A stretch of DNA of 64,000 nucleotides, from NCBI GenBank assembly GCA_964475855.1, contig CAYZAV010000001.1:49060-113059 (forward strand), in the 5' to 3' direction. Of this stretch, positions 45,540 through 54,032 are shown one piece after another. Both the position numbers and the translations under genes were made by a program. This DNA comes from an uncultured Candidatus Saccharibacteria bacterium (GTDB lineage: Bacteria; Patescibacteriota; Minisyncoccia; Minisyncoccales; Staskawiczbacteraceae). Positions within the stretch are counted from its first letter, which is position 1. Every line of letters starts with the position of its first letter. A model generated the notes under the pieces. That model saw nothing but the letters and a program-made list of their open reading frames with translations, did no database searches and had not been told where the DNA came from.

Positions 45540-46601
45540 ATGGATAAAAAACTTAAGGACGTAACCAAGGTGCTTTTATTAACCGGCGCTATTTTCTTGG
45601 CAGGCTGCCTGCTGGGATTTTTAGCTGTATGCGTCTGGCTTTTTTTCATAGGAGGGCCTTCTGAGGCAAAAAATATTACCTTTGGCGTTAATTTTTCTCA
45701 AAGCCACGCCCAAAACTTAAAGCTCGACTGGCAGAGCACCTACCTTAGCATCTTAGGGGATTTAGGGGTAAAGAATATAAAACTGCTTACTGACTGGGAC
45801 AAGGTAGAAACTGCTCCGAATACCTATTTCTTTGATGATATCGACTGGCAAGTCAACCAGGCCCAAAACCATGGTGCAACCATCATCTATGTAGTGGGGT
45901 TAAAAACCGGCCGATGGCCCGAATGCCACGCCCCCGCCTGGGCCGACAGCATGAGTTTAGACAAACAGCAGCAACAAAACGAACTATTAAATTATATCGC
46001 CACGGTTATTAGCAGGTATAAATCAAACAGTGCCATTGTTGCCTGGCAGGCCGAAAATGAACCATTGGTAGATTTTGGCGAATGTTTGTGGCAGGACAAA
46101 GAATTTTTAAAAAAAGAAGTGGCATTGATAAAATCCCTTGACCCGTCACGGCCCGTAATCATTTCCGATTCAGGCGAACAGTCATAGTGGATAGATGCCG
46201 CGAAAATCGGGGACAAAGTAGGCATTACGCTGTACCGGAAAATATGGTCTGGGGATACCCTAGAAACAGGTTCTTACAGCACATATGATCTCGCGCCCGC
46301 TTCGTATTGGCGCAAAGCCAGCATTATCCAATTGTTATACGGTAAAAAAACATTTTGCGCAGAACTACAAGCCGAGCCATGGTTTCCCAAAAATGACTAC
46401 AAAGCCCCGCTCAACGAACAGGAGAAATCCATGAACCTGCAGCAGCTGAAAGAAAACATCGCCTACGCCAAAAGCACCGGCTTAGATACATTTTATTTCT
46501 GGGGCGCTGAATGGTGGTATTGGCTAAAAACTGTCCAGGAGAAACCGGCAATATGGGAATATGCCAGAGAATTATTTTTATATGGTAATATAGATAGATA
46601 A
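45540..46601 (+). pseudogene. paralog of the GH5-like glycoside hydrolase, interrupted by a single in-frame TAG (46185..46187)
   Basis: ORFs 45540..46187 and 46332..46601 are in the same frame (both starts are multiples of 3). The frame is open across the gap. TAG aligns to the Leu in paralog SGEQSLWWQ (here SGEQS*WIDA). Confidence 0.7.
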
Positions 46602-46619
46602 ATAAGATTAAAAAATTCT

Positions 46620-48671
46620 ATGAAATTAGTTGTCGTGGAATCACCAACGAAGGCACGCACAATCCAGAAATTTTTAGGAAGCAAGTATAAAATCTTGTCG
46701 TCTTTTGGCCATGTGCGAGACTTGCCCAAGCGTGAGCTTGGCGTGGACGTGGAAAAAGATTTTGAGCCAAAATATATCATCCCGGTTAAGGCAAAAAAAG
46801 TAATTGCCGAACTGAAAAAGGCGGCCAAAAATGCCGATGAAGTGATTTTAGCAACTGACCAGGACCGAGAAGGGGAATCCATTTCCTGGCATTTGATGCA
46901 AGCGCTAAAATTAGAAAATCCAAAACGCATCGTGTTCCATGAAATTATCAAAAGCGCCATTGATGAAGCTTTGGCAAAACCGGGAAAAATAGACATGAGC
47001 CTGGTCAATGCCCAACAGGCGCGCAGGATTTTAGACCGGCTTGTGGGATATAAACTTTCCCCGTTTTTATGGAAGAAAGTGAACAAGGGGCTTTCAGCCG
47101 GACGCGTGCAGTCCGTGGCTGTGCGACTAGTAGTTGAAAAAGAGGAAGAGGTAAAAAAATTTGTGGCGGTGGAATATTGGGACATTGAAGCCGTGTTCAA
47201 AAAAAATAGCAAAGATTTTTCCGCCTTTTTAAATAAAAAAGACGGCAAGCCCGTTGAAAAACTGGAGATAAAAAATAAAACGGAAGCTGATAAAATTGTA
47301 ACTGAATTAGAAAACGCCACCTATACCATAGAAAAAATCACCAAAAAAGAAACGCACAAAAATCCCCTACCACCCTTTACCACCAGCACCTTACAGCAAA
47401 CGGCTGCCAATAAATTCGGCTACTCTTCAAAATTCACCATGTCGCTAGCCCAAAAATTATATGAACAGGGGCATATCACCTACCACCGCACGGATTCGTT
47501 GAATTTATCCCAATCTTCCCTTGTAGCAGCTGAAACATTCATCATCAATTCATTTGGGAAAGAGTACTCTTTGGTAAAAGGCTACAAAGCCGGCAAGGGG
47601 GCGCAAGAAGCCCACGAAGCCATCCGGCCAACCTATGCCGACAAAACACCTGAATCACTAAAAGGAGAATTAGAGGGAGGGCAACTGAAATTATATACCT
47701 TAATCTGGCAGCGATTCATTGCCTGTCAAATGGTATCGGCTGTTTTTGATGCCACAGCCATTGAAATTTCAGCAGGAAATTATGGCTTTGGATCCAACGG
47801 GCAAATGTTAAAATTCCCTGGATTTTTGAAGGTTTACCCGATGAAGTTTTCAGAAAATGAGCTACCAGCGCTGCAAGAAAAAGAAACTTTACCATTAACC
47901 GAAATAAAATCCGCCCAGCATTTTACGGAACCACCGGCACGCTACAATGAAGCTTCTCTTATCAAGGCACTGGAAAAACATGGCATTGGCCGGCCATCCA
48001 CCTACGCGCCGACGCTTTCAACCGTCCAAGCCCGGAATTATATTATAAAAAACGAACAAAAACGGTTTGAGCCAACAGAGATGGGTACGATTGTAAACGG
48101 GGTGCTAGTAGAAAATTTCCCCCAAATTGTTGATATCGATTTTACCGCCAAAATGGAAAAGGAGCTGGACGAAATTGCCGAAGGAAAAGATACCTGGCGC
48201 AAGACTATCAAAGATTTTTATGGACCGTTTGCGGCAAACTTGAAAGAAAAATACGAAGACGTACAAAAGAAAAATCTGGATATTGCCACGGATAAAATCT
48301 GTCCTAAATGCCAAAAACCGATGGTGGAAAAAATGGGGCGTTTTGGCAGATTTTACGCCTGCACCGGGTTTCCCGACTGCAAACATACCGAGTCCATCCA
48401 AAAAGATACTTCTGGCCACAGTATCACACTAGACATCACCTGCCCTAAATGCGCCAAAGGAAAAATGGGGAGTAAGCGTTCCAAGCGCGGCAAAATCTTT
48501 TACGGCTGCGACACATACCCGGCCTGCGACTTCGCCACTTGGGAAAAACCTATCAACGAATTTTGCCCGGCCTGCAAATCTATCCTGATGGAAAACGCAA
48601 AAGGCAAAGTAAAATGCTCAAACAAAGATTGCGACTATAAGCGTGAAGAAACCACTGAAAAAAGTTCTTAA
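46620..48671 (+). CDS. topA: DNA topoisomerase I (type IA) with C-terminal zinc ribbons
   Basis: TOPRIM (MKLVVVESPTKA), active-site region, three C4 zinc-ribbon motifs at the C-terminus. 683 aa. Confidence 0.9.
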   Translation: MKLVVVESPTKARTIQKFLGSKYKILSSFGHVRDLPKRELGVDVEKDFEPKYIIPVKAKKVIAELKKAAKNADEVILATDQDREGESISWHLMQALKLENPKRIVFHEIIKSAIDEALAKPGKIDMSLVNAQQARRILDRLVGYKLSPFLWKKVNKGLSAGRVQSVAVRLVVEKEEEVKKFVAVEYWDIEAVFKKNSKDFSAFLNKKDGKPVEKLEIKNKTEADKIVTELENATYTIEKITKKETHKNPLPPFTTSTLQQTAANKFGYSSKFTMSLAQKLYEQGHITYHRTDSLNLSQSSLVAAETFIINSFGKEYSLVKGYKAGKGAQEAHEAIRPTYADKTPESLKGELEGGQLKLYTLIWQRFIACQMVSAVFDATAIEISAGNYGFGSNGQMLKFPGFLKVYPMKFSENELPALQEKETLPLTEIKSAQHFTEPPARYNEASLIKALEKHGIGRPSTYAPTLSTVQARNYIIKNEQKRFEPTEMGTIVNGVLVENFPQIVDIDFTAKMEKELDEIAEGKDTWRKTIKDFYGPFAANLKEKYEDVQKKNLDIATDKICPKCQKPMVEKMGRFGRFYACTGFPDCKHTESIQKDTSGHSITLDITCPKCAKGKMGSKRSKRGKIFYGCDTYPACDFATWEKPINEFCPACKSILMENAKGKVKCSNKDCDYKREETTEKSS

Positions 48672-50073
48672 TACTGGCGAAAACTCCAAATCTGTTGGAG
48701 AAATTTTGGCATTTTTCAGGGAAACTTCCAAAGGCACTCCCGGTTTTTTACATCCGGAAAAAGCGCAAAAGTTGCGGGACATGGTTTTGGCGGCGACCGG
48801 CAATGCCAATTCTATTTTGGCCGAGTTATCGGGGCGCCTGGACGGTGTACAAAAAATTGCCCAACTCAAAAAAGAAGAACAAGCATTGTACGCCATTGAA
48901 ACACTGGATATTTTTGTCCCGATTGCCAACCGGTTGGGACTTGGGGAAATAAAGCGCAATTTGGAAGACCCTGCCTTTGCCATATTATTGCCTGAAAAGT
49001 TTGTCTGGCTACAGGGTCAACTTAAAGAAAAACACGAAGAGCGCCAGAGGTACTTAAAAAAAGTCATTCCCCGCTTAAAAAGAATACTGCAGCGTGAACA
49101 TGTGGTGGTTTTAGACATGCATGCCCGATCAAAATCGTATTGGAGCACCTGGCAAAAACTGGAGCGACACCAGATGAATTTTGAAAAATTGCATGATTTG
49201 GTTGCTATTCGCGTTATCGTCAAAGATGTGGCGGCCTGCTACAAAACGCTGGGCATAATGCATAAATATTTCCAACCCATTTCTGGGCATATCCAGGATT
49301 ACATTGCCAAGCCCAAGGAAAATGGTTACCAATCACTGCACACTACGGTATATTTAGAGCCGGAAAAATATTCCGAAATCCAGATTAAAACCGAAGCCAT
49401 GCACAGCGAAGCCGAACACGGTATTTATGCCCACTGGGCGTATAAGGAAAAAATCAACCTGAGCCACAAACAGGAAATTGATTTTTTTGAGGATTATGTT
49501 TTTGCCTTCACACCAAAGGGGGATATTATAAAACTGCCAAAAGGATCAACTCCCATTGATTTTGCTTATGCCATCCATTCGGATATCGGCAACCACTGCG
49601 AAGGGGCAAAAATTTCGGGAAAAATCGTACCCCTTTCCCATGCCCTGCAAACAGGAGATATGATTGAAATCACCACCAAAAAAGATAAGCTGCCTTCTGC
49701 CAGCTGGCTTTCGTTTGTAAAAACGGGGTTTGCCAAAAGCCATATCCGCAAAATCATCACCAGCACATCTTCTTCTATTTTTTCCATCCCCTCCTATTTG
49801 AAGAAGAAAATTTTTGGCCGAAAAAAAGAGTTGTCAGGCCCCTCATCGCTACCCAAAAAAACAATACCAAAAAAAGAATTACATATCGCCGGGCAAAAAG
49901 GCATCTTGGTAACCATTGCCAAATGCTGCCTGCCCGAGCATAGCGACCCATCTAAAGCGTACCTGACGCGCCAGCGCACTGCTATGCTGCACAAAATTTC
50001 CTGCGAAAATTTTATAAAACTTTCAGCCAAATTTCCCGAAAAAGTAGTGGAAGCAGCTTGGATCGAGGGTTGA
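48643..50073 (+). CDS. RelA/SpoT-family (p)ppGpp synthetase with TGS and ACT-like domains; HD hydrolase domain reduced
   Basis: Synthetase core (HDLVAIRVIV...YQSLHTTV). TGS (FTPKGDIIKLPKGSTPIDFAYAIH). 476 aa. Overlaps the topA stop by 29 nt. Confidence 0.8.
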   Translation: MKKPLKKVLNTGENSKSVGEILAFFRETSKGTPGFLHPEKAQKLRDMVLAATGNANSILAELSGRLDGVQKIAQLKKEEQALYAIETLDIFVPIANRLGLGEIKRNLEDPAFAILLPEKFVWLQGQLKEKHEERQRYLKKVIPRLKRILQREHVVVLDMHARSKSYWSTWQKLERHQMNFEKLHDLVAIRVIVKDVAACYKTLGIMHKYFQPISGHIQDYIAKPKENGYQSLHTTVYLEPEKYSEIQIKTEAMHSEAEHGIYAHWAYKEKINLSHKQEIDFFEDYVFAFTPKGDIIKLPKGSTPIDFAYAIHSDIGNHCEGAKISGKIVPLSHALQTGDMIEITTKKDKLPSASWLSFVKTGFAKSHIRKIITSTSSSIFSIPSYLKKKIFGRKKELSGPSSLPKKTIPKKELHIAGQKGILVTIAKCCLPEHSDPSKAYLTRQRTAMLHKISCENFIKLSAKFPEKVVEAAWIEG

Positions 50074-50104
50074 AAAATATGAAAAAGTCTGATAACGTAT
50101 AGCC

Positions 50105-50168
50105 ATGCCCAGGTGGCGGAATTGGCAGACCTGCCTGCCGGCAGGCAGGTGCACTGGACTCAAAATCC
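50105..50168 (+). pseudogene. partial 5'-half duplicate of tRNA-Leu(CAA) carrying an inserted 18-bp perfect palindrome; no T-arm
   Basis: ATGCCCAGGTGGCGGAATTGGCAGAC is identical to the 5' end of the intact tRNA. It is followed by CTGCCTGCCGGCAGGCAG and an anticodon-loop-like TGGACTCAAAATCCA. No GTTCAAGTCC T-loop. Confidence 0.5.
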
Positions 50169-50250
50169 ATGTATTACGTATACGCTAGACTGCGGGAAAA
50201 ATATTTAAAGTCTGGAGTTGGTAAAGAGTGGCTTAGGCAAAAATAACCAT

Positions 50251-50334
50251 GCCCAGGTGGCGGAATTGGCAGACGCACGGGACTCAAAATCCCGCGAGCG
50301 CAAGCTCATGTGGGTTCAAGTCCCACCCCGGGCA
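50251..50334 (+). tRNA. tRNA-Leu (anticodon CAA), type II with long variable arm
   Basis: Acceptor GCCCAGG / CCCGGGC, D-arm GCGGAATTGGCAGAC, anticodon loop CUCAAAA, variable arm ~15 nt, T-loop GTGGGTTCAAGTCCCAC, discriminator A. Confidence 0.8.
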
Positions 50335-50341
50335 CACAAAT

Positions 50342-50380
50342 AAAAAAGGCCTCAGAATATCCGAGGCCTTTTGATTTTTT
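50342..50380. terminator. bidirectional rho-independent terminator
   Basis: A6-GGCCTC-agaatatcc-GAGGCC-TTTTGATTTTTT. Serves the tRNA (+) and the PAP2 gene (-). Confidence 0.7.
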
Positions 50381-50385
50381 ATAAA

Positions 50386-50934
50386 TTACCTATAGTACCC
50401 TCTCCTGGTTGTATGGATGTATGTCAATTTCCTGAAAATCCTATTAAGTAAAATCCCCATCACGATTCCCAACACCGCCCCCGCTAAAATATCGCTTGGC
50501 CAGTGTACACCCACAAAAACGCGGGAGACAACCATCAAAATACTGCAGACATAAAAAACGGTACCGGTTTTTTTATGATAGGCAAATACAATAGTTGAAA
50601 GAGCGAAGTAAAACGAGGCGTGCCCAGAGGGAAATGATGTTGCCGCGGCATTATAATCAACCAATAAATGCGCTGTGCTATTCACAAACGGCCGGGCACG
50701 AAACAGTAACCAGTAAAAAATTTGCACCAGCACAAATCTGACAATAATCGCCGCAATAAAAGCCTCGGTCACCATTCGCCAGTTTTTTTTAAAATTTTTG
50801 ACTAGAAAAATACATAATATACCAAGCAACACATACCCAGAGTACACTGCAAAAAAAATGGCAGCCCAATCCAAAAACTGCCACTTTCCCGCAAATCCGT
50901 TAATAACATTAAAAATTACTAAATCTAGATACAT
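50386..50934 (-). CDS. PAP2-family phosphatase (undecaprenyl-diphosphatase-like)
   Basis: KxxxxxxRP-like, PSGH, and SRVFVGVHWPSD motifs. Polytopic. 182 aa. Confidence 0.8.
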   Translation of the reverse strand: MYLDLVIFNVINGFAGKWQFLDWAAIFFAVYSGYVLLGILCIFLVKNFKKNWRMVTEAFIAAIIVRFVLVQIFYWLLFRARPFVNSTAHLLVDYNAAATSFPSGHASFYFALSTIVFAYHKKTGTVFYVCSILMVVSRVFVGVHWPSDILAGAVLGIVMGILLNRIFRKLTYIHTTRRGYYR

Positions 50935-52179
50935 TTATTTGGGCAACGGAAATTTTTTACACAATGTTTTAACTTCTTGCGTCACTTTTTTAGCGGACTT
51001 TGGATTTGAAATAATTTCATTAATCCAACCGGCAATCAGTTTCATTTCTTTCTCTTTCATGCCACGACTGGTAATGGCCGGAGTTCCCAAGCGCAACCCC
51101 GAAGGCTTAAACGGCGGCGCCGGGTCAAACGGGATGGCATTTTTATTGGTACTCATGCCCACACTTTCCAGTAAATCCTGGGCTTCTGCCCCACTGATAT
51201 GTTTATTACGTAAATCAATCAGCATCAAGTGATTTTCTGTGCCGCCGCTGATCAAATTAAAATCGTAATTTTTCAGTTCCCCTGCCAATGCCTTAGCATT
51301 TTTTACAATCTCTGCGGCATATTTTTTAAAAGCTGGGGTACTGGCTTCTTTCAAACACACTGCAATGGCGGCAATAGCGTTTTCGTGCGGCCCGCCTTGA
51401 AGCCCTGGGAAAATAGCCTTATCAATTTTTTTTGCCAGATCAGCATCTTTTGCCAGTCCCTTTTTAGTTACCATAATAATTCCGCCCCGCGGGCCGCGTA
51501 ATGTTTTATGTGTGGTAGTGGTAACAATATGCACGTATGGCACGGGGCTTGGGTGCGAACCACCGGCCACCAACCCGGCAATATGGGCAATATCGGCTGC
51601 CAAATAAGCTCCAACACTGTCAGCAATTTCACCCAATTTTTTCCAGTCAAAAATACGCGGACAAGCGCTTCCCCCAATCCACATCAATTTTGGCTTGTGT
51701 TCCTTGGCCATTTTTTCCAACGCCACATAATCTAATAACTGAGTTTTTTCATCTAAGCCATATTGTACCGGTTTAAAAAACCGGCCGGAAAAACTTAATT
51801 TAAATCCATGCGTCAAATGCCCGCCCATGGGCAAGGCCATACCCATAATAGTATCGCCTGGTTCACACGTTGCCATGTACACCGCGGCGTTAGCCGGGCT
51901 TCCCGAATGTGGCTGCACATTGGCATGCTCCACTCCGAACAATTTTTTGGCACGTTCAATGGCAAGTGTTTCCACCTTATCAATAAACTGATTGCCACCA
52001 TAATAGCGTTTTCCTGGGTAGCCTTCGGCGTATTTGTCCGTCAACAACGACCCAAGCGCCTCCCGCACCGCCGGCGAACAATGGTTTTCAGAGGGAATCA
52101 GCTGCAACGAAGTTTTCTGGCGGTCGCCTTCCAAGTCAATTAATTTGGCGATTTGCGCATCTTGCTTACTCAATTTCAT
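50935..52179 (-). CDS. glyA: serine hydroxymethyltransferase
   Basis: PLP-lysine block VTTTTHKTLRGPRGG and other conserved SHMT blocks. Start at MKLSKQDAQ. Confidence 0.95.
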   Translation of the reverse strand: MKLSKQDAQIAKLIDLEGDRQKTSLQLIPSENHCSPAVREALGSLLTDKYAEGYPGKRYYGGNQFIDKVETLAIERAKKLFGVEHANVQPHSGSPANAAVYMATCEPGDTIMGMALPMGGHLTHGFKLSFSGRFFKPVQYGLDEKTQLLDYVALEKMAKEHKPKLMWIGGSACPRIFDWKKLGEIADSVGAYLAADIAHIAGLVAGGSHPSPVPYVHIVTTTTHKTLRGPRGGIIMVTKKGLAKDADLAKKIDKAIFPGLQGGPHENAIAAIAVCLKEASTPAFKKYAAEIVKNAKALAGELKNYDFNLISGGTENHLMLIDLRNKHISGAEAQDLLESVGMSTNKNAIPFDPAPPFKPSGLRLGTPAITSRGMKEKEMKLIAGWINEIISNPKSAKKVTQEVKTLCKKFPLPK

Positions 52180-53164
52180 AGAATTTGGATAATATTTTTT
52201 TCTTAATTCTATAACTATTACCATGCTTTATCAATCCCAAATATGATGCCATATTTTTCCTGTTTGATAATGTAAATGCTCTCTGCTTGGTTTTTGTACG
52301 CAATATTTTGTGGTCCTTAAAATTAACCCACCCCAAAAAATCCACGCCGGATGAAACCGTTTTGATAAAAACTTTTTTTGGATGAAGTTGCAGTTTCAAC
52401 TTTTATTCCAAAAAGTCAGCTAATTTTGATATTAATTCTTGAAGATAATCTTTGTTTTCTGAAAAAATTACGAAATCATCAGCATATCTGATGTAATATT
52501 TCGCTTTTAATTTGTGTTTTACAAACTGATCAAATTCGTTCATGTATATGTTGCAGAATAATTGTGAAGTCAAGTTTCCCAGTGGTAGGCCAACGCCGGG
52601 TTTCCCTGCGTTAAAACTGGAAATGATATTTTCTAGCAAAGATATTAACCGCTTATCGGCAATATATTGACGTAAAATTCTAATCAAAGCAACCTGGTCA
52701 ATAGAATGGAAAAACTTTTTAATATCACATTTTAATATCCAACAGGTACGAGTGCCATTTTTGCTCACCTTGTAGTAAAAATCCCTAAATCTTCTATTAG
52801 CACGATGTGTACTCTTTTCCAGCCTACACGAAAAAGAGTCCGAAATGAAGGTATCATCGAAAAACGGATACAAAACACGATATAGCGCATGGTGCAAAAG
52901 CCGGTCGCGTACCGAAGCTTTATGAATAATCCGCGGCTTAGGATCATTAATCTTAAATTCTTGGTATCCGCCATGCAGGTATGTGTCATTGGCTAAATCG
53001 TGGTGAAGTGTTAGGATATTATCCATCAAGTAAAATTCAAATTCCCGTACATCTTTTTTGTCCTTTTTGCCTCTGACAAACTCTTCAAAGGCCCAAAGCA
53101 AATTCTGTACGTGAATAATATCATCAAACCTATGCCGCAGTTGAATCTTCATAGCGATAATCAA
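52166..53164 (-). CDS. diversity-generating-retroelement reverse transcriptase, interrupted by an in-frame TAA at 52403..52405 (possible pseudogene, sequencing error or readthrough)
   Basis: RT motifs incl. GLPLGNLTSQLFCNIY (DGR-type [I/L]GxxxSQ in motif 4) and YIRYADDFVIF (YxDD). Thumb-like KLQLHPKK...GVDFLGW continues in the same frame after the stop. Confidence 0.75.
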
Positions 53165-53196
53165 AGCCCTTTAAGCCCCCCCCCACGCAATTTAGC

Positions 53197-53529
53197 TTGA
53201 CACTCATCCAAAAGCTGGTTTCAGTTTACAAATTGTGGCACGAAATTTTGCCCCATTTTTCTAATAATTCAAAGTATACCCTGGGGCATAAAATTGATTC
53301 CTTCTTTTTGGAAACCATTGAACGGGTGATAAAAGCCGGCTACGCTAGCAAAGCCGAAAAAGAACTATTCCTATTGGGCGCTTCCGCCAAGCTGGATATG
53401 CTTAAGTTTTTCCTGCAAATCGCCTGGAACATAAAATCGGTAGATAATAAAAAATACATTTTGCTTTCCGAAAAATTAAACGAAGTTGGCAGGATGTTGG
53501 GCGGATGGATAAAATCCCTCAGACAGTAA
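53197..53529 (+). CDS. four-helix-bundle protein of the Avd (accessory variability determinant) family, divergent from the RT
   Basis: 110 aa. SKYTLGHKIDSFFLETIERVIKAGYA...LDMLKFFLQIAWNIK pattern of the TIGR02436 / 23S-rRNA-IVS four-helix-bundle family. Located between RT and TR but on the opposite strand. Confidence 0.55.
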   Translation: MTLIQKLVSVYKLWHEILPHFSNNSKYTLGHKIDSFFLETIERVIKAGYASKAEKELFLLGASAKLDMLKFFLQIAWNIKSVDNKKYILLSEKLNEVGRMLGGWIKSLRQ

Positions 53530-53565
53530 AAACCACCTCAAAAAAGGTGGTAAAAACAAAGAGAG

Positions 53566-53693
53566 TTGCGGACGGCGGCGAAACGACAATTCGCATTCCA
53601 GCTATTGTCATACCAATTCAGGTTCAACTTACGCTTGGAGTCGTACTCGTTCTGATAGACCACGCTGTGGTTGTCACCCGGGTTACGCCACAC
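53566..53693 (-). repeat. DGR template repeat (TR)
   Basis: Matches 54037..54164 except at 23 positions, where this copy always has T on the plus strand (A on the coding minus strand) and the other copy has C, G or A. Intergenic. Confidence 0.85.
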
Positions 53694-53953
53694 AAAATAT
53701 GCAAGATATCTTCCCTGCCACCACCCCTCAAATACTTTCAGAGTTGTATCTTATTCGGTATCTACAATATACCCTGATATCTTGCACCAAGTATCTTTAT
53801 TTTTTAAAAAATCAGGGGCGACTCTCAAAGAAGCCTTGGCCGCTTTGAATCTGCATAATCCTGAAATATAGAATTCGGCTGCCCGAAGCCGTAACCTCAA
53901 GCATAATAACCTACTATCCAAATTCATCTTACCTATTTTATAAAAAAAGAAAA

Positions 53954-53977
53954 GCCATATTCGTAAACGAATATGGC
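53954..53977 (-). terminator. 10-bp-stem hairpin plus T-run ~55 nt downstream of VR (terminator and possible DGR hairpin)
   Basis: GCCATATTCG-taaa-CGAATATGGC. On the minus strand it is followed by TTTTCTTTTTTTAT. Confidence 0.5.
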
Positions 53978-54032
53978 TCTGCTCCAAGGCTCCACAAATC
54001 CATTTGGGAACCAGAGAACCAAGTGACCAATT

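Noticed and set aside
50105-50168. Second functional tRNA upstream of tRNA-Leu
   Set aside because: Shares the acceptor 5' strand, D-arm and an anticodon-like loop with the real tRNA-Leu, but has no T-arm (no GTTCRANNC) and no 3' acceptor strand. Interpreted as a partial duplication.
45540-53164. Alternative genetic code (stop-codon reassignment) as explanation for the in-frame TAG (46185) and TAA (52403)
   Set aside because: The two internal stops are different codons. TAA, TAG and TGA all terminate well-conserved housekeeping genes in the window at the expected positions. Both affected genes are accessory. Pseudogenisation or sequencing error is more parsimonious.
53954-53977. Relationship between the ATTCGTAAACGAAT hairpin downstream of the VR and the ATTCGTAAATTCG inverted repeats at the ftsA-ftsZ cassette
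   Set aside because: Shared 9-mer ATTCGTAAA only. Too short to infer a common origin without genome-wide statistics.
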